The notes below the pieces were generated by a model. The model ran no database searches, was not told the DNA's origin, and was given only the letters and a program-made list of their open reading frames with translations. Positions 52,345 to 64,000 of a stretch of DNA of 64,000 nucleotides are shown here, piece after piece. A program made the position numbers and the translations under genes. Positions within the stretch are counted from its first letter, which is position 1. Every line of letters starts with the position of its first letter. Source of the stretch: Pseudomonadota bacterium. Lineage in GTDB: Bacteria; Bdellovibrionota_C; UBA2361; OMII01. The DNA lies in contig JAIXQT010000185.1 of NCBI GenBank assembly GCA_027485595.1, positions 727 to 64,726 on the forward strand, read 5' to 3'.

Positions 52345-54084
52345 TTATAGTGCCTGCGTTACAGAGGCCTCGACCGCCTGCAAGTTCGCCTGAAGCTCAG
52401 TCGTACCCTGATACGTGCTCACCTCGGGACGAAACACGATATCGACATACGAGTTGGGCGTGAGCGCTGGATGTGAGGTCTGCCGCCACATGACACCGGA
52501 GATAAATCGCTTACCATCACTCAGGAGGGTCTTCAAATGAGCGCCCTTGATGTCTCGAACCTCAACGACTCGCAGGTTTCGAACCAAGACGTGAGGATTT
52601 GGATTGCCCACACCGAACGGAGCCAGATTCTTGAGTTCAGACACGAGCGGTATCGTAATCTCGGAGAGATCAGCCTCAGTATCAGCGTCAACAAATGGAA
52701 CGGTCTCAATCTCTTTCAGGCGTCGCTCGCACTCAGCGTTAAAGGCTTCCTTGAAGTTGAGGAGGTCTTGCTCCCTCACTGAGAAGCCACCAGCTCCCGT
52801 GTGACCGCCGTATTTAATGAGGTATGTACTACATGCGGCGAGAGCGTCAACGACACTGAATCCCTTAATTCCGCGAACCGAGCCTTTAAATATTCCCGGG
52901 ACATCCATACCCATGACCGCGGCGGGTCGATAGAAGTGCTCAACGAGGCGCTGCGCAACGATACCAATGACACCGGTGTGAAACTCCTGATTCCACGCGA
53001 CGAGCCCCCACCGATGCTCCGTATCCTTCTCGATCTGCGCAATCGCCTCAGCCTTGACGGCTCCTTCAATATCCTGACGTTGCACATTGAGATCATTCAA
53101 CTGACGGGCAAGCTTCTCGGCCTTGTTTGAATCGTTAGTTGTGAGCAGCTCCACCACAAGCTCGCCATGAACTAACCGGCCAGCCGCGTTGAGACGCGGT
53201 CCAATACCAAACGAGACGTCGGTACATCCTACCGCGCCACGAATACCGATAACGTTGCGAAGAGCTTTCAGTCCAGCCCGATGAGTATCAGTGAGTCGCT
53301 CTAATCCTCGCTTCGCTATTACGCGGTTCATTCCGATGAGCGGAACCATGTCGCAGATAGTGCCAAGACAAGCGAGGTCGAGAGACTGTCGAGGATCGAG
53401 ACCATCGAGCCCGAACTCGCGACGCAACCCCAGGACAAGGTACCAAGCCAATCCCGCCGCGCAGGCTGTCGCGGACGCGAAACCACACCCACTTTGATGG
53501 GGGTTAATGAAAACATCCACCGGAGGAGCGTCTGTGCTCATGTGATGGTGGTCGACGACGATAGTTTTTAAACCAAGCTCTCGCGCCACCGAGAGCTCCT
53601 TCGCATTAGTCGTTCCAAAATCGATCGTTAAGAGAAGTCCGTAGCCATCGTTGGCGATCTGACGCACGACCTTCTCGTTCAGGCCGTAGCCATCCACGAA
53701 TCGATCGGGAACGAATACCCGTGAGGCGACCTTTGCGTTATTAAAGAAATCGTGAACGATTGATCCGCCTGAGAGTCCATCAACGTCAAAATCGCAACAT
53801 ATCGCTATTCCCTGCCCCGCCTTATGGACCTCATGAATCAGCTTGCACGCCTCGGAGAGGTTCTTGAGCTTGGAAGGATCGGGGAGGCCCTCTTTAAGGG
53901 TGGGCGATATAAAGTGCTTGAGCTCATCGTTAGGCTCAAATCCGCGCGCGGCGAGTATGCGACCAATAACGGGATTGAGGTTCAACTGCTCGGCGATCTC
54001 GCGGGCGGCCCCATCGTCCTGCTTTTTAAGTCGAATCCGTTTGTGGGCTTTCGTTGAAGCCGATCTGTCGCTCGGAATAGCCAT
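52345..54084 (-). CDS. recJ: single-stranded-DNA-specific exonuclease RecJ
   Basis: DHH motifs ICCDFDVDG, VVDHHH and GGHTGAGGF. Start placed at the ATG at 54084. Confidence 0.9.
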   Translation of the reverse strand: MAIPSDRSASTKAHKRIRLKKQDDGAAREIAEQLNLNPVIGRILAARGFEPNDELKHFISPTLKEGLPDPSKLKNLSEACKLIHEVHKAGQGIAICCDFDVDGLSGGSIVHDFFNNAKVASRVFVPDRFVDGYGLNEKVVRQIANDGYGLLLTIDFGTTNAKELSVARELGLKTIVVDHHHMSTDAPPVDVFINPHQSGCGFASATACAAGLAWYLVLGLRREFGLDGLDPRQSLDLACLGTICDMVPLIGMNRVIAKRGLERLTDTHRAGLKALRNVIGIRGAVGCTDVSFGIGPRLNAAGRLVHGELVVELLTTNDSNKAEKLARQLNDLNVQRQDIEGAVKAEAIAQIEKDTEHRWGLVAWNQEFHTGVIGIVAQRLVEHFYRPAAVMGMDVPGIFKGSVRGIKGFSVVDALAACSTYLIKYGGHTGAGGFSVREQDLLNFKEAFNAECERRLKEIETVPFVDADTEADLSEITIPLVSELKNLAPFGVGNPNPHVLVRNLRVVEVRDIKGAHLKTLLSDGKRFISGVMWRQTSHPALTPNSYVDIVFRPEVSTYQGTTELQANLQAVEASVTQAL

Positions 54085-54248
54085 ATGTTGCCCTTTCGTT
54101 GATTGACCTACTGTACGTCGCATTGGAGCGGCAAGCCAAGGGTCTTGCCTCCCCCTTAAGCCCCTTGGAGTATGACTGATAGACACGCCAGGAGATCGTT
54201 GGGGGATCTTCCTGTCTCTATCTGATGCCGCAACGGGGCGCTCTGTGC

Positions 54249-54770
54249 TCACGTGCCCTGGCGCCGTTCCTTCCCCCTGGAAACGCTCGCGACCAGTTTT
54301 TGCTTTTTGAACTCCAAAAACTCCCGTAGGGGCCCCAGGTATCCCCCTCGCCGGAAGGGAGCCGCCCGGCGCTTAACCTCCGTCGCGGAGCACCAACGCC
54401 ACGCACCGAACTCCTGCTCCTTGTGACTCTCAAGATCGATATCGCTATCTTTCCCAACAAACTCCACTAACCAAAAGGTCTGCTTCTGGCCACGCCACTT
54501 TTTGTGGGCATACCGTGGTGGCGTGCGCCACTCATACTCGTGTGTCGACTTGAGTTTCGTTATCCTGCCGATATGGCGCTTTTTTAGTCCCAACTCCTCA
54601 CGAAGTTCTCGAATGACGTTCTCTCGGAGCGAGTATCGAGACTCAGCGCCCCCCTGCGGGAACTGCCAGTGTCCTTGCTCACCGTACCGCTCTCCCAGAA
54701 AGAGTCGTCCCTTACTGTTATACACCAGCATGCAGACATTGGGTCGAAGGGGGAGTTTCTTGGACGTCAT
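54249..54770 (-). CDS. rppH: RNA pyrophosphohydrolase (Nudix)
   Basis: Nudix box GGAESRYSLRENVIRELREELGL and RppH-like length. Confidence 0.8.
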   Translation of the reverse strand: MTSKKLPLRPNVCMLVYNSKGRLFLGERYGEQGHWQFPQGGAESRYSLRENVIRELREELGLKKRHIGRITKLKSTHEYEWRTPPRYAHKKWRGQKQTFWLVEFVGKDSDIDLESHKEQEFGAWRWCSATEVKRRAAPFRRGGYLGPLREFLEFKKQKLVASVSRGKERRQGT

Positions 54771-54836
54771 GGGTCAATTTCCTCTGATACGCCCTCTCAG
54801 TAACACACTTGGGTGCCTAACACACCGCATTGTTCG

Positions 54837-56393
54837 TCACTCTGTCACCATCTCCTCATCCACAAATTCCTGCACCTGTCGTGCGGAGAGATCTCCCCGA
54901 CTGAGATGGTACTCAAGAGATTGCGTCCACGGAATGAACGCTGAGGATGGAATCGCAGTCATCGCTTCGCGGATAGTCCGGGTACTCCCGTAGGCTTCCT
55001 TCACGGTCGGTGAGAGAAGATCGAGGGCTTCTGTTATGAGGACTCGACCATCAAAACCCGTGTCCGAGCAGCTGTGGCACCCAACTGCTTGATAGATCGG
55101 TCGCTTGAATCTCTGAGATCCCTGGGCATCGGCAATCTTACACGCCGAACACAAGCGGGGGCTCAGACGTTGATTGAGAACCAGCGAAACTCCCTGAACA
55201 CACTCTTTCGCCGACAGTTCAAAAGATCGAAGACGGTCAAGAGCCTGTAACGCGGACCCCATGTGCAGTGATGAGATGGTCAAATGTCCGGTGAGGGCCG
55301 CGGTCAACGCAATCCTCGCGCTCGTAGCGTCTCGCATCTCGCCAATCAAAATGACATCCGGGTCGTGTCGTAAAATCGAGCGGATCGCCCGCGGATAGTC
55401 GAGTCCCTGCGATTCCCGTACCTGAACCTGCACCATCCCGGGCAGGGGAGCTTCAACAGGGTCCTCGACCGTTACGACATTTCGACCTCGATGCTGCGCC
55501 TCTAACGCCAGGGAATACATCGTCGTGGTCTTTCCGCTACCGGTAGGTCCTGTGAGTAGGACGATCCCACTATTTCTCTTCATAACTCTGGTAAGGAGCC
55601 CCATCGCGAGCGGCTCCATGCCAATCGTTGAGAGTCGGGGAAGCTTTCTGGCATAGAGAAATCGAATAACCACACTCTCCCCATGCACAGAGGGAAGCGT
55701 GCTCAGACGAATGCTCTTCGCGGTGTTTCCAACCGGCACAACGCACGAACCATCTTGGGGGATGTGCTTCGAGGATATATCAAGTCCCGCTAACACTTTG
55801 AGCCGAGACACCATCTGGTCGTGCAGCTCTTTGGGGTAGTGGTGCTGTTCCTGAGTTAAAAGCTCTCCATCGATTCGCAGTCGCAGAAACGCCCCTTGTG
55901 GCGATGGACAGAGGTGAAGATCCGAGGCTCCCCGCGCCACCGCAAATTCGAGGAGGCTTGTAAGAAGCTGAGCTGCATCTCCAGTTGCCTGGGGCGTCGA
56001 CAGATTTATCGTTGGGGCGGTCCCCTCCCTCCGTTTGGCGAGCTTCTCCAGAGTGAGCTGAATAGCTCGGTCGTGTCCTCGGTACGCTTTCACAATAGCG
56101 TCATCAAGGATATCACCGTCGCAACAGGAGCAGAGTGGTTCTACATCTGTGAGGAACGTGAGGCTCCGAACGATCTCCTCAGACCGATTCGCGACTACGC
56201 AGTGTAATCGACGAGAGTTACCGTCGCGAACAACCGCGAGCGGGAGCACCCGCATCTTCACCGCATTCTCATACGTTAAAAGCGAGCGAGCCTCCTCCGT
56301 TGAACAGAGGGCGAGATCCTGAGAAGAATATCCCTCCGCCAGACGAGTATGAGGCGATAGCGCGTCCTGCGTTTCAAGGAGAGCTGTTTCCAT
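54837..56393 (-). CDS. GspE/PilB-family type II secretion / type IV pilus assembly ATPase
   Basis: Walker A LLTGPTGSGKTT, Asp/His boxes and the tetracysteine motif CSACK..CHSC. Confidence 0.85.
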   Translation of the reverse strand: METALLETQDALSPHTRLAEGYSSQDLALCSTEEARSLLTYENAVKMRVLPLAVVRDGNSRRLHCVVANRSEEIVRSLTFLTDVEPLCSCCDGDILDDAIVKAYRGHDRAIQLTLEKLAKRREGTAPTINLSTPQATGDAAQLLTSLLEFAVARGASDLHLCPSPQGAFLRLRIDGELLTQEQHHYPKELHDQMVSRLKVLAGLDISSKHIPQDGSCVVPVGNTAKSIRLSTLPSVHGESVVIRFLYARKLPRLSTIGMEPLAMGLLTRVMKRNSGIVLLTGPTGSGKTTTMYSLALEAQHRGRNVVTVEDPVEAPLPGMVQVQVRESQGLDYPRAIRSILRHDPDVILIGEMRDATSARIALTAALTGHLTISSLHMGSALQALDRLRSFELSAKECVQGVSLVLNQRLSPRLCSACKIADAQGSQRFKRPIYQAVGCHSCSDTGFDGRVLITEALDLLSPTVKEAYGSTRTIREAMTAIPSSAFIPWTQSLEYHLSRGDLSARQVQEFVDEEMVTE

Positions 56394-56554
56394 ACCCTCC
56401 CCTATCGCAACCTATCGCGATAAGTTGCGCCGCCATCCCTTGTGGAGGCCGCTCATTTCAGACCGCGATGCGATACGAGAGGCTCAAACGGCGCGTTACA
56501 GCCACTTTTCTAAAGCAAGTTCTCTTAAAGACGGTCTTATCAAAGCCGGTCTCA

Positions 56555-57313
56555 TTAAAGCCACTGTCTCCCCTGAGGGATGAAATGCTTTGGAAGCGTG
56601 GGCAGGAGGTAGTCGTGTGGCTTACGAAGGAAGTTAAAGGTAATGATATGCCCGAGCGCGGCGACACCATCTCGCCAGGTTATCTTTTTCCCCTCCAGAT
56701 AATTGCGAGGGAAGTACCAGATAGGTACCTCAATAATCTTTAATTTCAGTCGCGCTATCTTTGCAGTTACCTCGGGCTCAAAGCCGAATCGATTAGACTC
56801 AAGCTTTATATTTTTAATAACCTCTGCGCGGAAGAACTTGTAGCAGGTCTCCATATCGGTCAGGTACAAACCTGAGCAAAGGTTGCTCAACGTTGTAAGG
56901 ATTCGGTTGACGAGGTAATGGAAGGTTCGGTGCACCTGAACAACCGTTCCCTTAAACCGGGACCCGAAAACAACGTCGGCCTTGCCCGCGATGAGAGGGG
57001 ATATAATCCCCGGGATATCGTCCATAGAGTACTCGAAGTCAGCGTCCTGAATTCCAATAATCTCCCCTGTTGCAAGCTCTACCCCCTTACGGATAGCCGC
57101 CCCCTTACCTTCGTTCCTCTCTTGAAAATGGAGCTGAACGGTGGACGAAAACGGGAAACTCTGGAGGATGCTACGACTTTCATCCTTTGAGCAGTCGTCA
57201 ATAATAACGAGCTCTTTCTCAACCCCCTCGAGGATCAGAGAGTCTATCTGTCGCAGGAACTCAGTCAGGTGAGCTGCTTCATTGTAAACGGGGATGACGA
57301 GGGAAACTTTCAT
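56555..57313 (-). CDS. glycosyltransferase family 2 (polyprenyl-phosphate sugar synthase, GtrB/DPM1-like)
   Basis: SLVIPVYNE, IIDDCSKD and IQDADFEY. Confidence 0.85.
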   Translation of the reverse strand: MKVSLVIPVYNEAAHLTEFLRQIDSLILEGVEKELVIIDDCSKDESRSILQSFPFSSTVQLHFQERNEGKGAAIRKGVELATGEIIGIQDADFEYSMDDIPGIISPLIAGKADVVFGSRFKGTVVQVHRTFHYLVNRILTTLSNLCSGLYLTDMETCYKFFRAEVIKNIKLESNRFGFEPEVTAKIARLKLKIIEVPIWYFPRNYLEGKKITWRDGVAALGHIITFNFLRKPHDYLLPTLPKHFIPQGRQWL

Positions 57314-57559
57314 GAGTGGCGTATAAGGTAAGCAGAGCTAACTCGTAAACAATCTTTACTTTATTAACCTGAATGCCGGTCGCCGTCCACCTAGCAGGGT
57401 GGTGAATATGCTCTCACGGGGGTAATCTTGTAACGGATTGCGCATGGCACCCAAGAGATGCCCGCTTTTTACCGAGAGGGGCCTCGGTTTTAACGCATAA
57501 AATTCAATTGCTCTAGGTATTTACAAAAACTTCAAACGGTCTTACATCAGTAGTTACCG

Positions 57560-58003
57560 ATGGACATCATGAAACACCTCTTCCTACGATTCCTCTCCAC
57601 TCAGTCGACCCGAGGTCAGGTAGCCCGCTACCTGGTAGCCGGCAGCAGCGCTGTTGTCGTGGATTTCATCCTCTATCGTTCCATAATCTGGATATGTGGA
57701 CTCTGGATGCTAGATTTGAAGCTGCTCGCCAAAGCGGTGGGATACGTTGGCGGCACGGTCTACTCGTTCTACGTCAACCGATCATTTACCTTTAAGCGCA
57801 CAAGCTCCAATCGTGCTCAGGTGATGTCGTACCTGGCAGTATACGTACTCTCCATGTTCCTCAACGCCGGCATCAATCAAACCGGCCTCACGCTTCTGGG
57901 GACAAACGAACTTGGTATTAATCTGAGCTTCGCCACAGCCGCAGTGGCATCAGCCGCGTTCAACTTTGTGTGCATGAAACGCTTCGTGTTCAAGCGCGCA
58001 TAG
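57560..58003 (+). CDS. GtrA-family membrane protein
   Basis: 147 aa, 4 TM helices. RYLVAGSSAVVVDFILY and FVCMKRFVFK are typical of GtrA. It is divergent from the GT2 gene. Confidence 0.75.
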   Translation: MDIMKHLFLRFLSTQSTRGQVARYLVAGSSAVVVDFILYRSIIWICGLWMLDLKLLAKAVGYVGGTVYSFYVNRSFTFKRTSSNRAQVMSYLAVYVLSMFLNAGINQTGLTLLGTNELGINLSFATAAVASAAFNFVCMKRFVFKRA

Positions 58004-58094
58004 TAAGGATTTTCAAAGTTCTTTGACGTATCGAGCTATCGTTACCTCGAACGCGGTTGTTGAGCTTGCAACCGTATGAGACCTGAGGCTATCC

Positions 58095-60146
58095 CTACTC
58101 ATACACCTTGAAGGCGATTCGTCTCGTATCTTCGGTCGCGCTCCACAAAAGCTTCGGAACGAATGACGTTGTTGCATCGACCCGCACGAGCACCTTGCCC
58201 TCCTGATGAAAGGCTTGCGGTATCGGAATGCTCACCGAGTGCCTCTCACCGGACGCAAGCGTTACTAACACAGGTGGCTCGCCGTCCGTCGAAACCGAAA
58301 GCGTCTGAGGGATCGGCCCCGCTTCAAACATGAGTTCAAGCGTATGCGTGCCAGGCGAAATGTTCCGCTCGATGAGCGCTCGTTCACCACACCATCGGTA
58401 TGTGACGCCATTACCCGATGCTTCCGACGGAAAACATCCGAATCTCCTCGTCTCCCCATAGAATGACCGAGTGTGGCCTGGCGCTCCAAATTCCCAGGCG
58501 ATATGAAGCGCGAGGAACACCACACACCACCACGGTGATAAAAGAAGTCTTCTGTTAGAGAGGTCAGAGGGCTGATACGCCACAGCAGCTACGATCCCTA
58601 CCACCGCAAAAAAAAGAAATTGTAAGACCTGTACGTAAAATATCTCTTGAACGTTTCCGTAGATGAGAAACGCGCAGCCGTAACAGGCACCAAATAACAC
58701 GACAAGCTTCTCAGCGATCGGCCGGGATGAGTCTTTTAGAACTCGGGGCGCCGCCGCAAAGAGGAAAAGAGGGATAGCAACTAACGCCAACAATCCGCAC
58801 AGCCCCTTGCCGGAGAACGTCTGGGCGTACACGTTATGTGCGGATCCGTGAAGGGGAAGCACGAATCGCCCCGGAAAGGCGCCGTGAGAGGATTCAACCT
58901 CTTTTTCAAATTGCCAGGCGAATGAGTCGGCTCCCCCTCCGAGAACCGGATGGAGCGAACCGATCAAGAACCCCGCTTTAAAGAAATCAGTCCTATCTCC
59001 AGTTCGTTGAATATCCTTAAACCGAGATACGTAAGGCGACATCGCCTCCTCCACGGATCCCTTTCCCTGTATGGCGAAGACAAGCAGGAGACTTACAACC
59101 ACGGTAAGTGGAAGCGAGAGTAGTACCTTCACAAAAGAACGACGGAGCGCTCGTCCGATATCACGCTCATTTCTTTCAAGGAGCCGCACCACGTAGATTG
59201 CGGCCCACACGGCGACCAGAGTCAACGGATACGAGAGCCAACCTCCGCGTTGATAGGTTAGAATCAACACAAACTCTCCAACGGCGAGCGCGATGATGAT
59301 CGCCGTCGCACGAACCCAGAAAGGATATCTCATGCCTAAAATGACAAGGCAGGACGGAATCGCGAGTGTGAGGTACTCGGCGTACCACCCGGAATGACCG
59401 AACAAAGATTGGAGGCGAAACTGTTTGCCTCCGGGGTTCACGATTGGATCGAGGCCACGGAACCAACCGAGATCGATAAAGCCATAGTAATCAAGCACAC
59501 CCACAACGAGCGAGCCGAACAAACCAAGGAACACTGCACCTACAAAAAGCCAAGGGAGCCTATTGGTATCCCGCCGACACAATCGGTAGATACAGAGACC
59601 AAGCAGGAACGCGAGCGCGGTGTAGTACGTCGAGAGAACGCTATATATCAAGGTATGTTCGCTTGCGAGAACAAGCGAATAGACCGAAAAGGAGAGCGCC
59701 TCCAGACTCTCTCGGCTCGACAGGTTACGGAGATCGTCGACAAGGTGATTAACTGGAATCGAGACGAGGCTAGCGACTGAAAAGAAACAGTAAAGAAGTC
59801 CAAGGAAAATAAGGGGATTACGAAGTTCATCCTTCGAGATTGAGAAGAGGCTCTGCCCCTTCGAACGCAGCCCGCCAAGAGCGAGACCGAGAAAGAGGGA
59901 GGCTCCGGTCAGGGTGGATACGACCGCTTGAGTAGTGCCAGGACGGTTTCCGCCAAGAGGCAAGGCCAACAGAGCTAATGCGCAACCCAGTGTAGGAGCC
60001 ATAAAGCCCATCGCAGTAACTGCGACCACAATCACGACGCCGAACGGCGCATAGAGGTCGTACGAAAGCACAGCACCCGCAAAGAGCGCCGAAACTACCG
60101 CACAGGCACAAAACAGAGCCTGATGAAAAAGGGAGAAGAATCTCAT
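58095..60146 (-). CDS. O-antigen ligase (Wzy_C)-like polytopic membrane protein with C-terminal soluble domain
   Basis: 683 aa with more than 10 TM helices. The loop GSAHNVYAQTFSGKG resembles the Wzy_C/O-antigen ligase signature. Confidence 0.6.
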   Translation of the reverse strand: MRFFSLFHQALFCACAVVSALFAGAVLSYDLYAPFGVVIVVAVTAMGFMAPTLGCALALLALPLGGNRPGTTQAVVSTLTGASLFLGLALGGLRSKGQSLFSISKDELRNPLIFLGLLYCFFSVASLVSIPVNHLVDDLRNLSSRESLEALSFSVYSLVLASEHTLIYSVLSTYYTALAFLLGLCIYRLCRRDTNRLPWLFVGAVFLGLFGSLVVGVLDYYGFIDLGWFRGLDPIVNPGGKQFRLQSLFGHSGWYAEYLTLAIPSCLVILGMRYPFWVRATAIIIALAVGEFVLILTYQRGGWLSYPLTLVAVWAAIYVVRLLERNERDIGRALRRSFVKVLLSLPLTVVVSLLLVFAIQGKGSVEEAMSPYVSRFKDIQRTGDRTDFFKAGFLIGSLHPVLGGGADSFAWQFEKEVESSHGAFPGRFVLPLHGSAHNVYAQTFSGKGLCGLLALVAIPLFLFAAAPRVLKDSSRPIAEKLVVLFGACYGCAFLIYGNVQEIFYVQVLQFLFFAVVGIVAAVAYQPSDLSNRRLLLSPWWCVVFLALHIAWEFGAPGHTRSFYGETRRFGCFPSEASGNGVTYRWCGERALIERNISPGTHTLELMFEAGPIPQTLSVSTDGEPPVLVTLASGERHSVSIPIPQAFHQEGKVLVRVDATTSFVPKLLWSATEDTRRIAFKVYE

Positions 60147-60488
60147 AGGAACACCCCGGACGATGCTACAAGTAATTGCACCGTGATGCGAGGGGAAGAG
60201 CGGAAGCTCCTTTCACCTTAGGAGGCGGAGCACCTCGTAAGCTGGGGAAGCAGGGCAACAGGCCCCAGGTTCTCGTCGAGAGAGGTCCATCGATACGCCA
60301 CGAACTCCTGCTCTTTTTAAAGCAACGGCGAGCAAGTTGCCCCTTCAGATAGTGCGCGCACAGGGTGTCACAATAAGGTCGCCGGGCACACAATCGCAAT
60401 CTACCCGGCTTTCGACGCACATAACGTCGAAAGCAGACGGCAGGAGCGCGGTGCCGCTCCATCGAGAGATGGATATTTTAAACGTACC

Positions 60489-60902
60489 CTAGTGAGCTAA
60501 AGTCCTGAGCGCCTGCAAACGAGCGACCTTCTGAGAGAGAACTTCCCATTCAGGCTCGTACAGGCTCAATTGCTCAAGCTCAGCCTCAAGGAGCGCAACC
60601 TCATCGTCAGATACCTTCGACGAGGCGATCTCCTCAGGCTTATCCACCGTGTCAGCCAGCAACGTCAGCACGTTATTGTTAAAGGTACAGATTCCACCCG
60701 AGACGAGACACTTCTTTTCTGAGGCGTCAGCGGCATCGGTATATTGAGTAACACCCGTCGATATCAATCCGACATAGTCGCAGTGATTTTGAAGGAACCC
60801 AAGCTCTCCTGACTCAGAGGGAACTGTTACGTCGGAGACCGTGGCCTCAACCTCAAGTCCTCGTCCGGAGAATACCTTTAATTGAAATGTACCGTCTGAC
60901 AT
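60489..60902 (-). CDS. atpC: F0F1 ATP synthase subunit epsilon
   Basis: 137 aa. It follows atpD and has the typical beta-sandwich plus helical hairpin layout. Confidence 0.9.
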   Translation of the reverse strand: MSDGTFQLKVFSGRGLEVEATVSDVTVPSESGELGFLQNHCDYVGLISTGVTQYTDAADASEKKCLVSGGICTFNNNVLTLLADTVDKPEEIASSKVSDDEVALLEAELEQLSLYEPEWEVLSQKVARLQALRTLAH

Positions 60903-60913
60903 CCCCTACCCCT

Positions 60914-62371
<1,458 letters not shown>

Positions 62372-63256
62372 TTACTTGAGTGCTTCAGCTCCGCCGACGA
62401 TATCAAGCAGCTGGCTGGTGATACCTGTCTGTCGCAGTTTGTTAAACTTAAGTGTGAGAGAGTGAATAAGATCCGAAGCGTTCTTCGTCGCATTATCCAT
62501 CGCTGTCATACGGCTCGCGTGCTCACTCGCCTTCGTGTCGAAAGCAGCTTGTCGTACGATCGCTCGAACGATTCTCGGAACTACCGCGTCGAAAACGCGC
62601 TGTGTGTTCGGCTCGAAGGTCGTCGTCCCAGTCGCCGCCTCTGGAGAGGCATTTACAACCGCCAAGTTCTCTTTATCGAGGGGTAATAAACGCTCTGAGG
62701 TCGCAACCATCGAGATAGCTGATCGGAAGCGTGTGTACACCACGTACAGCTCGTCGAACTCCCCTTTCAGGAAATCAACCTCCAAACGCTGACAGGTCTC
62801 TTGAATTGGCCAGTTCGTCGGGTCATCCGAGAGCGTCTCATTTGCGTCGAGGTACTGACGGCCAATTCGACGGTAGTGCTCTGCCGGCTTCTTTCCAAGG
62901 ATAACGGTATCGATTGAGCATCCTGGATGCTTAGCCGCTATCTCTTTGTGGAGAGCGTCCACCTTGCGGTTGACGTTTGTATTGAAGCCGCCGCACAGAC
63001 CGCGGTTAGCGCCAAGAACCAATACACGAACACGTCTTACTTCAGGACGAGCCTCAAGAAACGGGTGCGTGAACTCGTTGCCACCTTCAAGCTGAGAGAG
63101 CACGCCCTTAAGAGCGTCCGTGTACGCTCGAGAGCGAACGACTGCCTCCTGAGTCTTTCGCAGCTTCGCAGCCGCGACAAGCTTCATCGCTGAGGTGATC
63201 TTTTTTGTGTTTTTCACCGACTTCAATCGTCGGCGAATCTCTTTAAGACCTGCCAT
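62372..63256 (-). CDS. atpG: F0F1 ATP synthase subunit gamma
   Basis: MAGLKEIRRRLKSVKNTKKITSAMKLVAAAKLRK and C-terminal ITSQLLDIVGGAEAL. Confidence 0.93.
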   Translation of the reverse strand: MAGLKEIRRRLKSVKNTKKITSAMKLVAAAKLRKTQEAVVRSRAYTDALKGVLSQLEGGNEFTHPFLEARPEVRRVRVLVLGANRGLCGGFNTNVNRKVDALHKEIAAKHPGCSIDTVILGKKPAEHYRRIGRQYLDANETLSDDPTNWPIQETCQRLEVDFLKGEFDELYVVYTRFRSAISMVATSERLLPLDKENLAVVNASPEAATGTTTFEPNTQRVFDAVVPRIVRAIVRQAAFDTKASEHASRMTAMDNATKNASDLIHSLTLKFNKLRQTGITSQLLDIVGGAEALK

Positions 63257-63269
63257 GAGGTGTCAATCC

Positions 63270-64000
63270 TTATGCTGCTGTAGCGTGTGCTTGAGCCGAC
63301 TTCTGCGTCTGAGCACCGTGCCCAGCACCGTTCGCGCCCGCGGTGAGAGATGTCGCCGTTCCAGCGACAAACTTCTCAACGAAGCTGGCGATAGCCTTCT
63401 TCAAACGGTCAGTAATGTCCTTATCGAGCTCCGCTTTAACGCGGAGGTCGTTCATAAGAGCTGACTCATTTGAAAGCATGTGACGGTGAAGCGCCTCTTC
63501 GAACGGACGAACCTGAGCGACCTCAAGCTTGTCTGTGTAGCCGTTAGCTACCGCGAAGATGGACAGAACCTGAAGCTCTACTGGCATCGGAACGTTCTGT
63601 CCTTGCTTCAAGATCTCAACGAGACGAGCACCTTTAGCGAGCTGCGCGCGTGTAGCGGCGTCGAGGTCAGAACCGAACTGCGCGAACGCTTGCTTCTCAC
63701 GGAACTGAGCGAGGTCGAGTCGGAGCGTTCCAGCGATCTTCTTCATCGCCTTAACTTGAGCGGCTCCTCCTACACGGGATACCGAGAGACCTACGTTTAC
63801 CGCAGGACGGATACCGGAGTTGAAGAGATCTGCCTCAAGGAAGATCTGCCCATCGGTAATCGAGATCACGTTCGTCGGTACGTACGCTGATACGTCACCC
63901 TCAAGGGTCTCAATCACTGGAAGAGCTGTAAGCGATCCACCACCGAGCTTGTCGCTGAGCTTCGCGGCTCGCTCAAGGAGTCGGGAGTGGAGGTAGAATA
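63270..64000 (-). CDS. atpA: F0F1 ATP synthase subunit alpha, C-terminal part (the N-terminus lies beyond the window end)
   Basis: ..[43 protein letters not shown].. The reading frame continues open to position 64000. Confidence 0.95.
   Translation of the reverse strand, partial: FYLHSRLLERAAKLSDKLGGGSLTALPVIETLEGDVSAYVPTNVISITDGQIFLEADLFNSGIRPAVNVGLSVSRVGGAAQVKAMKKIAGTLRLDLAQFREKQAFAQFGSDLDAATRAQLAKGARLVEILKQGQNVPMPVELQVLSIFAVANGYTDKLEVAQVRPFEEALHRHMLSNESALMNDLRVKAELDKDITDRLKKAIASFVEKFVAGTATSLTAGANGAGHGAQTQKSAQAHATAA

Noticed and set aside
60166-60462. 98-aa minus-strand ORF, and a possible SRP-RNA-like motif (ggggaagcagggc) in the atpC / O-antigen-ligase intergenic region
   Set aside because: The ORF product is Arg/Cys/Pro-rich with no gene-like features. 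The GGAA/AGCA-like string lacks the flanking helices of SRP RNA domain IV. Only the 9-bp hairpin at 60409..60433 (ctttcgacg / cgtcgaaag) is solid, and it has no U-tract.

Overview
The window is a bacterial chromosomal segment of moderately high GC. Most of it is housekeeping. This includes gyrA, gpsA, ctaB, two lepB copies, ccmH-like, pyrE, ygfZ-like, apt and mtnN. It also has the mnmE-yidC-yidD-rnpA-rpmH block, topA, pilD with a sigma-54 response regulator, tldD, recJ, rppH, a GspE/PilB ATPase, envelope glycosylation genes, and atpA(partial)-G-D-C. The gene content (sigma-54 regulator, type IV pilus parts, DsbD/TlpA-type redox proteins) weakly suggests a delta-proteobacterium-like lineage, but I cannot assign taxonomy from sequence alone.

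Three accessory regions stand out:
1. **Six-gene operon (17430..24152, minus strand).** It is tightly packed and partly overlapping. It combines a NadE-type amidoligase fused to a 2OG-Fe(II) oxygenase, an NMNAT-type adenylyltransferase fused to a type I phosphoribosyltransferase, a SAM methyltransferase, a CphA/GshF-like ATP-grasp ligase and two ORFans. I think this is the best candidate for an undescribed system, either NAD-like dinucleotide assembly and tailoring or NAD replenishment.
2. **Small chromosomal integron (26719..28891).** It has intI, an attI junction and two cassettes whose boundaries pass an exact R''/R' complementarity test. A DUF4143-type AAA ATPase and an ORF6N protein sit next to it.
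3. **Long non-coding stretch (4613..5689).** It carries an orphan tRNA-like 3' end and a 30-bp direct repeat, next to an A/T-richer ORFan.

Other oddities:
- Tandem secreted FGE-domain paralogs with a Pro/Thr linker.
- A REP-like hairpin family.
- A hexamer-periodic ACGT array with a long palindrome.
- An rnpA gene without a canonical start codon.

No rRNA gene, intact tRNA gene or CRISPR array was recognised.
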